From the NCBI GenBank assembly GCA_964016885.1, contig OZ024740.1, positions 305,722,001 through 305,786,000 of the forward strand: a DNA stretch of 64,000 bases, written 5' to 3'. Made by a program: the position numbers and the translations under genes. Of the stretch, positions 43,642 to 58,564 are shown piece after piece; the stretch's first letter is position 1; each line of letters begins with the position of its first letter. The notes under the pieces were generated by a model. That model made no database searches. It saw only the letters and a list, made by a program, of their open reading frames with translations, and had not been told where the DNA came from. The stretch is from Eledone cirrhosa (taxonomy: Eukaryota).

Positions 43642-43766
43642 ATGTATATATATATATATATGTATGAATATATGTATGTATGAATATATCTATGTATGTA
43701 TATATATATATGTATGAATATATGTATGTATGAATATATCTATGTATGTATATATATATATGTATG

Positions 43767-43797
<31 letters not shown>

Positions 43798-43891
43798 GCA
43801 TAAATATATATATATATATGTATATATATACATATATGTATATATGTTTATATATATATTTTATTTATGTATGCGCATGTATATGTATACG

Positions 43892-44011
<120 letters not shown>

Positions 44012-44875
44012 TATGTTTATATATGTAAACACACACACACACATATATATATATATACGTGCAATGACGTGCTCACAAACTCTAGTCCCCCCCTCTCTCT
44101 CTCTCTCTCTCTCTTACTCTCTCATCTCCACTTTATATTAATTATTTTTCTCGGATTATTTCCAGCTACACACTTTCTTGTACAAATAATTCCCAGAAAC
44201 TTCATTTTCATATTCCATTTTATTAATTATTATTATCTTTCTCATCAGTATTATTGTTATTATTATTATTACTATTATTTTAAATAAGTGGTTGTACCCT
44301 TCAGCTCTAACAATTGTATATTATAGCCCTTGGGCTAAGGAATATCGCCTTTTCCTTTCAATTATTCACAGCTTCTTCGTTTCCTCAAATCCTTACAGTG
44401 GTCGCACAACACTACACATAGACAACACACACATACACACACATACACACACATAGACAACACACACATACACACACATACACACACATAGACAACACAC
44501 ACATACACACACATACACACACATAGACAACACACACATACACACACATACACACACATACACACACATAGACAACACACACATACACACACATAGACAA
44601 CACACACACACACACACATACACACGCATAGACAACACAGACATACACACATACACACCCATACACACCCATACACACCCATACACACACATACACACAT
44701 ACAGTACATAGACACATATATGCATGGCATGTCCACAGACACATACTCGACCCTCCACATATATACAAAGGCATAGATACATACAGACACAACCCCGCGT
44801 TTATACAGGCACCCAGTCTCACATTTACACGTCCACACACACTTTCATATAACCCTTCAACACAAACTCTGTCTA

Positions 44876-44928
<53 letters not shown>

Positions 44929-45034
44929 GACACACACACACACACCCAGATATATACCCATACAACCACGCACACATGATTACACACTCTTCTCCATCTC
45001 TTTCTCCCTCTATATCTCCCCCCCCCTCTCGCTC

Positions 45035-45095
<61 letters not shown>

Positions 45096-46307
45096 ATATC
45101 TATCTCTTTCTCCCCCCCCTCTCCTTCACGCACACATACACAGCCACATATATATCCACACAACAACGCCAGTATACTCTCCCTCAACTCTCATCTTTTT
45201 CACATACTCACATATTATAGATGGCCAAAATCAGTGATTATTAATTAAAGCAGTACCGATGTACCGTTGGGTAGTTATTAACAGAACTTTAGACAAGCAT
45301 CTCATTCGAAAACAAATATCCATCTACACGAGGAAACTGTCTCATGGGTTCGTGGGGTCACTACTGAAGATTTCCACCGCTTGAGCCATTTAAGAGATGA
45401 ATTCCCTTTAGTGTCTATTTATGGGGGTGGAGGAGGGATGGATCTCAATATGGTCATTTGACCTGCTTGAAATATTAGCTAAGTTTCCCTCAAGCCACAT
45501 TCATAAAAAAAGGGTGAACGCATTGAATAATGTTTCCCTAGTACATTGAATAAAAATAATGGCTGCTCACTCCTGGAACGAACTTCGATGATAGGTCTAT
45601 TGGATCAACAATAACAACAACAATAACAACACAGCACAACAGACAAATCTAAATAAATGATTATTTCTAACATAGACACAAAATCAGAAATTAGATCGCC
45701 CCCTGTTTATTTTATAGAACTCAAAAGGGTGAAATGAAAATTGGGTTCGGTGGGATTTGAACTTAGAACATAAAGATCTGGAACAAATAGTGCAAAGAAT
45801 TTTGTACGGTGCTCTAATGATTCTGTCAATTTAAAGAATAACAACACTTTGCAAACTGACAGAACTCACACTGCTTAATGTATTCAGTGCTTTACGCTGT
45901 TTGATAGACTGGACTATTGAGAATGAAGTGTTTTGCCTTCAGATAAAATATGACATATTGTCAGTATCTGTACTCGACAAAAAGAACCACAAACTGGCAA
46001 TTCAGCTGGTAGTGAAATGGCCAAGAGGATAAGGTTTTGATTCAGCTGATTGTTAGTCGTGAGTTCCAATAAACTTCATTTCTGGACAGAACTCTGTAGT
46101 CATCCTTGCCTCATTTCACCGCAATTTATCCAGGGGGGTATTTATCTACATCTCAATGCAATGTCACTAAAACATTACACCCTATTCAGCATTGCATCAG
46201 CTCACCTAGGTGTCGGGAAGTTAAACCAGGTGGTGGCTTAACCCTACCCCCTTCCCCCTTCCATTAACAAGAATGATTCTTCCATGAGGGTCCTTCGTTG
46301 TCATATA

Positions 46308-46490
46308 AATAATTGTTTCTACTTTTGGCACAAGGCCAGCAATTACCCAGTACATTACTGGTACTTTATTTTATCGACCCCGTAAGGATGAAAGGCAAAG
46401 TTAACCTCGGCGGGATTTGAACTCGGATTGTAAAGGGACATAACTACGCTGGAAAGCATGTCTGACTCTCTACCAATACTGCCAATTCAT
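46308..46490 (-). mobile_element. tRNA-derived SINE
   Basis: Matches the family consensus. Confidence 0.9.
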
Positions 46491-47541
46491 CGCATATAAA
46501 TAATATTAATGTGCTGCTGATAAATTGAACCTCCTCTCAGAATGACTCCTGGTTTGTGCTCCTCCCCTTTGAATATATTCCACATGACTAACTACACTGA
46601 CGATGGGAAGAAGGCAATAACTAGCGATCTATCCAGGGGGCGTTTATTTTTCAATGTGGTATTCCTGGAATATTACATTATATCAAACATTGCTTTAGTT
46701 AACTTAGCTGTGGAGAATATATACGAGATAATTTCGGTTGTTAACTTGTAATAGACTGGCGATCTATCCAGGCAGTGATTTTATCTCATAGCCGTTTAAC
46801 ATAATATAAACAGAGTTAAGCAATGGCTCTTAGAAACTCTGGTGAGGTGGGTGGTGGTGGTGTTAGGAAATGTTTATTTATACTACATTACCCAACCGCA
46901 ATTACAGTTGCGACTATATCAAGAAGATACTTGTGCTAAAATTGGAATTAAGGGAAATGTTATTGTACAACATCTGCCGATGTTTCTAATTACCACAACA
47001 CGTCGATTAAAAGAGACAACACTATAGTCTATAATCTCATCACGGAGGTTTAAATGACGATATTGCAATCGCCCAAGGCAAAGCCTGGGAACCAGTGGAG
47101 GGAAAGATGTTTTTTTTACCTCACTCTAGATAACTATGATATTGAAGCTAGTCACAGATATTAAGTGGTTATTGCTACTAAGGTGTAATTGCATGAAATG
47201 TTTGACTCCTTTCACTTGCAAGATCTTTTCTCATATTCTGGCATTAAAAGACAAAGAACGCTTTGTTTTTACACCATGAAGCCTGACTGCAGCTAAATAA
47301 AGCTCCTTGGTGGGTGAACACGTCATTGCAAGCAAATCTGAACAACAACAACAACGACAATAATTGTTTCTACTTTAGGCACAAGGACAGCAATTCTGGG
47401 TGGACGGGAAAATCGACTGGTTCTTTATTTTATCGACCTCGGAAATTCTCTTCAGCGGGAATTGAACTCAAACTACAAAGAGCGGCAACTAAATACCGAA
47501 AGGCATTTCTTCCGATGGTCTAACATTATTTCATCTGCACC

Positions 47542-47731
47542 AAAGGGCGGTGGATTGGCAGTATCAGTAGAGGTTCGGACGCCATGCTTTGACGTATAGA
47601 GTTACGGCCCTTGCCATTCTGAGTTCAAATCTCGCCGAGGTTAACTTTGCCTTTCATCCTTATGGGGTCCATAAAATAAAGTACCAGTAATACACTGGGT
47701 AATTGCTGGCCTTGTGCTAAAAGTAGAACCA
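47542..47731 (+). mobile_element. Full-length tRNA-derived SINE with a 17-bp TSD
   Basis: attatttcatctgcacc at 47525-47541 and 47732-47748. Confidence 0.93.
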
Positions 47732-48693
47732 ATTATTTCATCTGCACCTGGTATACAACACAAAGCCGGCCACGATGGCATTTTTTTTTACTAAGATTCT
47801 ATATAGACAAAAGCTAAATAATTCACTCAGGCATTTGCTCCCGTGTATCTGCCTTGTCTTCACTTTATCGCCTTTGGTGGAAATATTTATGTGTAGGGCA
47901 GGCCAAAAAATGAATGACACAACTGGTGTAAATTCTTGACAACCGATTAACTGTTTACAACAGAAGTTCTTTTAGTTCTTTGAACAATTTACATCACTGC
48001 ATTTCTAGTAGTTTTGCGAAGCAAGGGTAATTTCGTATTTCTAAATGTCAGTAATCTAAGTGGTAGGCCAACGATGTCTTTTGCAAAATTTGATAGGAAA
48101 CAGACGAACTTCGGATATGGGACATTTAGATAAAAGACCGGTGTCAATATGTTACAAAAGCATATGTGTTTCTTCATGAAACTGTCATGCATATTGGTTC
48201 CTTGTGCACTTCAAAGAACAGTTGGGGGTCAACCTTCACCGATACGTGGAATGAGATCTCCCACACCGGATGAGAAAGAGCATATGACAATATGTGTTTT
48301 ACTTTTAAAACTGAGAACGGAGCGAAGAGAGAAGCTTAATCAGTACGTCACAATTTTGCTCATAGACTTGTCCCACAGTATTGGAACAAGGGATTACGAG
48401 AGTCACCATAAAATACATCGAAGATGACGTTGAACTTTGGTTCATTGTTATTTTCGTGTCACAGTATGGACAGATGATCAGCACTGAAGCAACATTTCAC
48501 GATATGTGGACGGTGGATATCTTTATAAATATAATAACCCTCTTGACCTAAACGGGTGCTTATAACTTTATCTGATTTAAATCAAGATCATGGCCGTTTA
48601 TATTTAGTTATTTTCTTGGGGTTAATTCTCGTTGTAAACTTACAATGGTAGTGTTGTATTGCAATATATTAGATAGAAGTAGAACACACACAC

Positions 48694-48790
<97 letters not shown>

Positions 48791-51070
48791 AGAGAGAGAA
48801 AGAGAGAGAGAATATATGAATATATAGAAATATATATACTTTTATATACATACATCATACATACATAGATTCATATGCACATACATATATACTATATACA
48901 TGCAAAGGTACGTGCATGCATGCATACATACATACGTACCTACGTGCATACATACATACGTACATACATACGTACGTACGTGCATACATACATACGTACA
49001 TACATATACACATACATACATACGTACGTATATACATGGTGGCTGCCAACTCGTTTTCGAGTACGGCCACTACTTTATATCCATGTAGGAGAACCCCTAC
49101 CGATGCGCTGAACGCGTGTGACTTTTTAGTCCAGCCAGCGACTTGAAAACTCTGGTACAAACACTACACTTGTGAGAATTATTGACACATAGTGCTGGGC
49201 CCATGGTACCATGTGATGACAAGTGCAGAGAGATCTTCAGATATAAAGCAATGCCTGTACTGTGAAGCTTTTATAGTGAGCAAAGGCACTGCACTAAGCC
49301 AGTCCCACTCTCTTAACCAAGATGATATTTACCAAAAAGAAGAACAAGTCAACATCTTTGGATACCATCAGGGTTGCAGGTGTTATATCAGAGTTTTCCT
49401 TCTCCTACGTATGTATATACATACACACGTACATACATATATACATACGTATATACATACATACGTACATACATATATATACATACGTACATTGATTAAC
49501 GACACAGAAATACATGTATTTCGTATTCTTACACGGTCAATGAGGAAGCTGTGATATGAACACAGCTTAAAGTTCTCACAGTACGAATATGTATGTTTAT
49601 TATGCATAAACATATAGTGTATGCTTCCATATACGTCTCTATACATAAACATATACGTAAATATACACATTCTGACACATAGCTGTAGTTGTGTAATTTC
49701 ATGTAATTAATGATTTATACCTCTATTGATCATATATATATATGCATGCATGCACACATAATTACAAACACATAGATGCATATAAACTCACATACCTACA
49801 TGTATATAGATACATGCATGTATACACACATAAATAGATACAAGCACACATATACATATATACATATAGACATGCATAAATCCATCCATCCATACATACA
49901 TGCATGCATACATACATACACACACATACATACGTGCACACACGTATACATACATAAATATTTACATACATAGATACATAAATACATACAAACATACATT
50001 ACTTAGATACATAAATCTACATATATATGTATACATTCCCATATACATACATACATACATACATACATACATACATACATACATACATACATACACGCAT
50101 GCATGCCTGCATGCCTGCATACATATATACACACATACATATATGCATACATGCATACATACACAGATATACGTACACACATACATAAATACATCCATAC
50201 ATACATACCCATATCCATACATACATATATATATATATACACACATCCATACATACATACATACATTCATACATACATGCTTACATATACACATACATAC
50301 ATACAAACATACATATACATATATATATGCATACAACAGCAATAATAACTATTGCAATGATCTAATGTGATAGACAAATTTACAAACTGTTTCGTTTCGT
50401 TTTGTTATTTTTCCTATGTTCGTTGTTTTATGTGGTTTGTTGTTTAGCTGTTTAAATCTGTGGTTTATTACGTGAGTGAGCATATAGTGCGGTCTAGTGT
50501 GTGAAGACGGGAGAAGTGAACTGTAAAACATCTTGGCGATTTTTCGGTTGAAATTCACCTGCAGTGTTAAACGGAGCAGATAAACGGCTGCCATTACTGA
50601 ACTTCGTGACGGTGCAATGGAGCGTCCTTTCTCATACTTTCATCTCACGCACGGTCGGCTGCGAGTGCTCACTCGAATATTTCTCTAACTTTTTCCCCCA
50701 CACCGTCGACATCGCCGTCGACACCGTGGTCGACATGAATGCCATCATTACCATGTATGATCATCCTCATCATTGTAGTCATAGTAAATTCCACTATTAC
50801 GTCTTCTTCTTCTTCTTCTTCTTCTTCTTCTTCCTTTCCCCATCCCGAATTACTCCCCCCCTCCTCCTTCTCTCCATCTCCTCCCACCTTCTCACCTTCC
50901 CCTCCCCCTGATCACTACTCTCACCGCTATCACTACAATCCTCTTACGGTTGACCCCCCCCCACTACCACTGCCACGTTCCAGCTATCTTCATTCACATT
51001 TTCCTCCTCCCTTCTTATACACGCCCCTCCTCCTCATCCTCACCCCTCCTCCTCCTCCTCCTCCTCCTCC

Positions 51071-51121
<51 letters not shown>

Positions 51122-51459
51122 GTAGCAGCAATATTCATATCAATACTGTTTACACGACTCTCCTCCTCTCCTCTTCTTTCCACTATTCACTAATTTCTAT
51201 TTTTTTTAAAATCCATCACCGCTCCTTCGTTTCCTTCTCCTGATCCTCATTATCATCAACACGGTCCTCCTCCTCCTCCTCCTCCTCCTCCTCACCACCA
51301 CCACCACCAGTTGTTTAACAGAAGTATCACTAGCCACAGTCTCAACTTCCCAGATATTTGAGAATGTCTTAATGATTTTTCACTCGATTAACTTTTGGAG
51401 ACGACGGATGATTATTCTTCTTATAGTAAATACTATAAAACATATTATAAATATATTAT

Positions 51460-51805
51460 TAACATCTTCTAAACATAGCATAAACATGGCGTAGACATGG
51501 TATAAACATACCAACATCTTCTAAACATGGTATAAACATGGCATAAACATACCAACATCTTCTAAACATGGTATAAATATGACATAAACATACCAACATC
51601 TTCTAAACATGGTATAAATATGGCATAAACATACCAACATCTTCTAAACATGGCACAAACATGGTATAAACATGGCATAAACATGGCATAAACATGGCGT
51701 ACACAGGGCATAAACATACCAACATCTAAACATGGCACAAACATGGTATAAACATGGTATAAACATACCAACATCTTCTAAACATGGTATAAACATAGCA
51801 TAAAT
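51460..51805. repeat. Minisatellite of AAACATGGYAT and AAACATACCAACATCTTCT subunits
   Basis: Direct inspection. Confidence 0.9.
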
Positions 51806-51850
51806 GATGTATGTATGTAGTTATGACCTGTCCTATGATTTGGCGAAATT

Positions 51851-52470
51851 CAAACTTAATAATTTTCTGGAGAGCGACCGGTATTTGAAGAGTTTGGCCT
51901 CCTCAGCCCGACGTGCAGCAGAACCTGGGTTAGTCGTAGACTGCACCAGGTTGCGGCTGGAGAAAGTGTCGGTGCAAGTGGCATCCCAGACGAGGGATTT
52001 GCCACCGCGGAACGGGAAGATGGTCATGCCATCTGGCCTTATGCCGTCCCCTCGGTCCAGCCTCACCGGCTCGAGCTGGGAAGGGAAGCCTGCAGCGTCC
52101 AAGCCATGCTTTATGACCTCGTTGAGGGCAGCATGGCGTGGAAGGCGGCCGGGACTGTGGCGACAGGAGAGCGGGTGGCGGCCGAAAGAGTCCACGGTAG
52201 ATCCACAACGACATTGGTGTGCGGTTGTATCCTTGGCAGTGGAGACTTCTGGTGTCTTCGGCCCTAGGGCTACCGCCCTACTCACAACCACAGGCGCTGA
52301 GCTGGCCAGCCGCAGGTGTGAGCATCGGTGGAATGGCTTTTCCAGCGCGTCTCCCTTGCCGTCCTCCGGGGAAACGCTTTCTGAATTCTGTCCGCCGGGT
52401 CTGTGGCAAGGCCACCAATATGATTGACTGACTTGTCATTTTATCAGTCAGATGTTCTAATGATTCTATA
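51851..52470. mobile_element. CRE-clade non-LTR retrotransposon 3' end with a 5' inversion
   Basis: Minus strand 52224-51851 encodes CRCGSTVDSFGRHPLSC..RH..LNE..LEP..RPDG..LVWDATC..KY (zinc finger plus restriction-like endonuclease). Plus strand from 52225 encodes LAVETSGVFG...WLFQRVSLAVLRGNA. Confidence 0.85.
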
Positions 52471-52471
52471 T

Positions 52472-52510
<39 letters not shown>

Positions 52511-52515
<5 letters not shown>

Positions 52516-52728
52516 AACGAGTAGGACCCCGACGGCTGAGCTCAAGCCATTTCGACGGCTAATTCTGGACTAAAATTTGGACTAATTTAGTCCAGAAATA
52601 GCCGTCGAAACGGCTTGAGCTCAGCCGTCGGGGTCCTACTCGTTCCTATTACCCACTCTACTACCCTAAGTATTGAGTACTTTGGTGCGTTATGGTCCAC
52701 CTGGTTCCTTACCACATTTCCTTCGTTA
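52511..52728 (+). mobile_element. Family C fold-back element in (TA)n
   Basis: Inverted arms 52511-52574 and 52586-52649, then the tail to cttccttcgt-(TA)n. Confidence 0.9.
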
Positions 52729-53069
52729 TATATATATATATACATTAATAGTTTTCGTATACTGTTTCTGTTTTCCCAGTACCTGACTGTAATTTTCTTA
52801 GTGTGGTCAGAGCAAGAATTGTTAAAAACTAGGTTTGTCAGCTTACCAAGCAGAAAGTTGAAATTATTTTATTTTGGGAGAATGAGGTGTATATTGTAGA
52901 AGTAACCTAGGACACTAACTACCCGGGCGTCGGCTCTGAGTTTAAGCTTGATATAAGAATTATACTTCGTTTTAATATCAATGAAGGATCTACTTTATTT
53001 ATTTCATGGAACAGAGACATGGAGGCTATGAAGTTTATGTCTTTTCTAAGTGTATTCGTGATGTAAGCA

Positions 53070-53920
<851 letters not shown>

Positions 53921-54384
53921 GATATATATATATATATATATATATATGAAAAAATGGGGAGAAGAATACTGCAGGTTGCACATGGATAACATGTTATAAA
54001 ATGAGTCCCTCATCAGTGATTTGCCAACGATCATAGATATTTCATTGCATTATATATCTATATATATATAGAGAGAGAGAGAAAGAAAGAGAAAGCGAGC
54101 GGGGGACGGAGGCAGCTTTCAAAAGAAGGAATGCTTTCAAACGTTGACAATCGATTGCAAATTTTGAAAGGAAAGGAATAATCGAATGGACCCTTCTAAG
54201 ACATTACTGGCATTTATCTTCTAAACATAAAAATGAAAGACAACTCCAGTTGGATTCGAATTCGGAAAGTAAAGGGACTTAATTAAATGATACAACACAT
54301 TTAGTGTGAAACTCCAAGGTCTAGGAAAGAAAGAAAGAATATATTTATTAAGAATACATCTTTTGATTGTACACAAGGACATAT

Positions 54385-54706
54385 TATTAGCTTTGCCGTA
54401 AGAATGAAAGGCTGAGGTTAACTTTGCCTTTCATCCTTACGGGGTCGATAAAATAAAGTACCTGTAATGCACTGGGTAATTGCTGGCCTTGTGCCAAAAG
54501 TAGAAACAATTATTATTAGCTTTGCCTTTCATCCTTACGGGATTGATAAAATAAAGTACCAGTAATACACTGGGTAATTGCTGGCCTTGTGCCAAAAGTA
54601 GAAACAATTATTATTAGCTTTGCCTTTCATCCTTACGGGGTCGATAAAATAAAGTACCTGTAATGCACTGGGGTCGATTTAATCGACTCTTCCCTCCCCC
54701 AAATTG
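54385..54706 (+). mobile_element. Tandem array of SINE 3' halves (x3)
   Basis: Repeated tttgcctttcatccttacgg...gtagaaacaattattattagc. Confidence 0.85.
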
Positions 54707-54728
54707 ACACGCATGCACACACACAGAG

Positions 54729-54830
<102 letters not shown>

Positions 54831-54934
54831 GAGCACGCACCCACACACACCCCTGAGCACGCACCCACACGTATTTCTTAATGTTATGCACACGAATACA
54901 CACATAATAAACCAATCAAAGTAGAAGCTTCTAG

Positions 54935-55120
54935 ACAGTCACACTTCGTGCTAGAAAAAGCAGCCAAATCTTACATAACATCTTAGAAGACTCATTGAGT
55001 AATGTAGTTCTTGATATAGAATGTCTGGGAAAAAGATGGGATGGTCATGGCTGGAACACCTCTATCAACATGCCTGTTTGATCAGGTCTGATATGAGAAC
55101 AACAACAACAACAACAACGA
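54935..55120 (+). mobile_element. Old SINE-like family 3' portion with an (AAC)n tail; related copies at about 45450-45630 and 62240-62420
   Basis: Shared gcagccaaatct...tggctggaac...gatca blocks. Confidence 0.5.
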
Positions 55121-55922
55121 ATGTATATTTAATGAGCTGAATAGAAAAGTTATTAAAAACTAGAGGATGAATTGAACATATATCACTTAATTAACGCCCG
55201 AGTACATTACCACAACGTATTAGTCCGATCACCAATACATAAGTTTATGCACGCACAGTCAAAGACATTCCATTATAATAAATTTCCAGAATTTTCTATG
55301 CAGGCTATATAGAGCTATTCATTGTGTAGAGTAGATCAAAACCTATTCAGAAAATGGCATCTTGACCAAATAAACTGCAGCTGTTTACGAAAAAGATTCG
55401 ATAAAGTATAAGTATTAAAATGATGGATTGAAAAGAACCATATAATATACAACGTGAAAGAGGGTAAACTCATTGAAAAGAGTTCATTCGAAATCGTTCG
55501 AATGAGCATAGTAGTCGAACATGACTGGAGGGTGAGAAAATCACCAAAGCAGATGATAGCGCAATGTTACGTAGTGATGTTGTTATGTACAGTAAATGGC
55601 GACTAAAACTACACGAAGCTTCAATGCTTATTGAGAAAGCAGTGTTATCATTGTTTGTGGTCAGACTAGAGGGTGTGTATTTTTACACATACATCTATAA
55701 TGATTTACACATACACTTCGGAACATAAACATACAAAGCACATGCCCATGTGCACGTTCACAAACATATTGTATGTAGAAGTGTGTATGTATGTGTGTAT
55801 TCTTTACGTTCATACATATATATTATACAAGTATGTATTTGTGCTTGTGTCTGTACGTATCTATGTGAGTGAGTATGTGTGTGTGTGCGCGTGTGCGTGT
55901 GTGTGTATGAGCATGCGAGTGC

Positions 55923-56016
<94 letters not shown>

Positions 56017-56483
56017 ACATGTGATTGAGTGTGTGAGTGAATGGCGAGTTAAAATAAACATGGGTTCACAAGAAAGAGGAGGAACCAAAGAAAGATTAAA
56101 AGCAAAAAGCCAGAAGAAAGATGAGAGGAAATGATAGGGAGACAGAGAGGAAAGGATGTGAGGTGGAAAAAGTAGAGAAAGAAGCTGATGATATTAAAAA
56201 TGATGGTGTTGGTGCTGATAACAATAACATTGATGATGATGGTAATGGTGATGATGATAGTGATAATGGAGTTGGTGACGTTGGTAGTGTTGGTGGTAAG
56301 AAGGATAAGTTTCAAGAAGAAGGTGTTGAATTAAAGAAGGAAATGAAAGAACGATTAAATGTATTATAGCGAAGGACGAAAGGAAACAACATGTAGATGA
56401 AGCATTGTGTATATTAATGGAGGTGATAGCACAAAGGTTGGTATGATGGTGGTGATAGTAGTGGTATATATATACATATATAT

Positions 56484-56900
56484 ACGTTTGTAAATGTATA
56501 ATAAAGCCAAAACAATGCAGGTATGGACATAGAATAAAGAATGCAAATGCAAAAGATATTGTTGACAATTAGTCTTTTACCTTAGATTTGTTTAAATGTC
56601 CTTAATTTTCGAGATAATATCTCTTCTTCGGATGGAAGTAAAGCGGTTAAACCAGTGTTCTAAATAGCTTGCCAAGTCAAGCGGTTTAACCGCTTTACTT
56701 CCCTCCGAAGAAGAAATATTATCTCGAAAATTAAGGACATTTAAACAAATCTAAGGTAAAAGACTAATTGTCAACAATATCTTTTGCATTTGCATTCTTT
56801 ATTCTATGTCCATACCTGCATTGTTTTGGCTTTATTATACATATACAAACGTTTATACCTCATTACACAATGCTTCAAGTGAACTATAACTTCCTCCATA
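56484..56900 (+). mobile_element. Element E: fold-back element with 170-bp arms, 29-nt spacer and a unique tail, TA-rich flanks
   Basis: 56484-56653 versus 56683-56852 inverted; hammerhead-like core variant at 56702-56736. Confidence 0.88.
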
Positions 56901-57223
56901 CATATATATATACATATATATATATGGGTTGATTCTACTGACATGGCTATACAATTGAGGCTTGTCTGCATAATTGCAAACGAATCGAATGTTATCATTA
57001 ATATTCGAAAAACTCAGATTACATTTATTGTATTCAGCCATGTAGAGCGAAAATATTTTCTTTTTTTAAAATTTACATATATATATGTCTATACACACAC
57101 ACACACAGTCACACACACACACAGACACACACACACAGTCACACACACACACAGACACACACACAGACACACACACACACACAGACACACACACACACAC
57201 AGAGACACACACACACAGACACA

Positions 57224-57571
<348 letters not shown>

Positions 57572-57573
57572 TT

Positions 57574-57610
<37 letters not shown>

Positions 57611-58089
57611 CATGGTGTTTCAGAAAACAGATAGGACTGGGGTCTCAAAAAAATATTGAACAGTCAGCTGACGATGGCCATGCACCACCTGCCTCACGCG
57701 CTCAACGTTAGCCTCGGTCCTGTTCGTTGAATGCCTTCCACTTCTAATGTCATCTTCCACCTTTTGTGCCACTCGAAAACCCAAGAACGCAAGATCGACT
57801 TAGCTCCGTAGACTTATTGTAGTATTCCGAGTACTTTCTGGGAGTTTTCCCCAGCTGACCCAGAAACTTCAGGCTGGTTCGTTGGTCTTTGCCTATGGCT
57901 CGATCACCTAAAATCGAGGAGCTAGTTGTTAAGAAAAGCACGTGAAAAAACAGAATGGCTGCAGAAAGCTGAGATCGCAGTTATATACTTCCTAGCTATT
58001 ACGTGACACGGTGAGATAACCCGTTAATCCATACCTCACTAATAGCTCACACAGTACACTAAGTCCTGTTACTTTTCTGACACACTTTG
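57611..58089 (-). mobile_element. Internally deleted mariner transposon
   Basis: About 28-bp imperfect TIRs (CATGGTGTTTCAGAAAACAGATAGGACT versus reverse complement CAAAGTGTGTCAGAAAAGTAACAGGACT) with TA flanks; HTH remnant DQRTSLKFLGQLGKT...VYG...VFEWHKR. Confidence 0.85.
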
Positions 58090-58396
58090 TATATATAAAT
58101 GTGTCTACTATTGCTACAAATGCACTGTGATACTTGCTGTCCTTGTGCCAAAAGTAGAAACAGTTATTTAATGTCATCAGATTGACTTCCTTAGTTTGTG
58201 CTCCTCAGCTTTGAATATATCTTTGAGACATATTCCACATGACTAACCACACTGACGATGGGAAGTTAGCTATAACTAGTTAGTTAATTAGTGAATTATA
58301 GAAATAATCGATTAATTGAGGTTTAGAGAAATATCTGAAGTCCATACATATTATCTTTTCCTTCATTCTGCTACTCTTCCTCTTCCTCCTCTATAA

Positions 58397-58461
<65 letters not shown>

Positions 58462-58564
58462 TTAACAACTAAAACCATTGCTATCATTATCATCATTAGT
58501 TAGGCACACACAAAAACAAAAATAGCACTATAGTCTCACCATCAGTATCCCCAACGTCACTGTG

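Noticed and set aside
46590-46680. CTGACGA in a two-copy repeat (also at about 58250) as a hammerhead
   Set aside because: No correctly placed stem II, GAAA or stem I could be built.
47750-48620. Possible decayed coding sequence
   Set aside because: Stops in the frames examined and no motif I could recognise.
50559-50700. Possible upstream PRDM14 exon with donor CAG|GTGAAT
   Set aside because: The phase-1 frame is closed by a stop 75 nt upstream and shows no PRDM14 similarity.
57667-57700. CTGACGA as a hammerhead
   Set aside because: It lies inside a mariner remnant and has no downstream GAAA or pairing.
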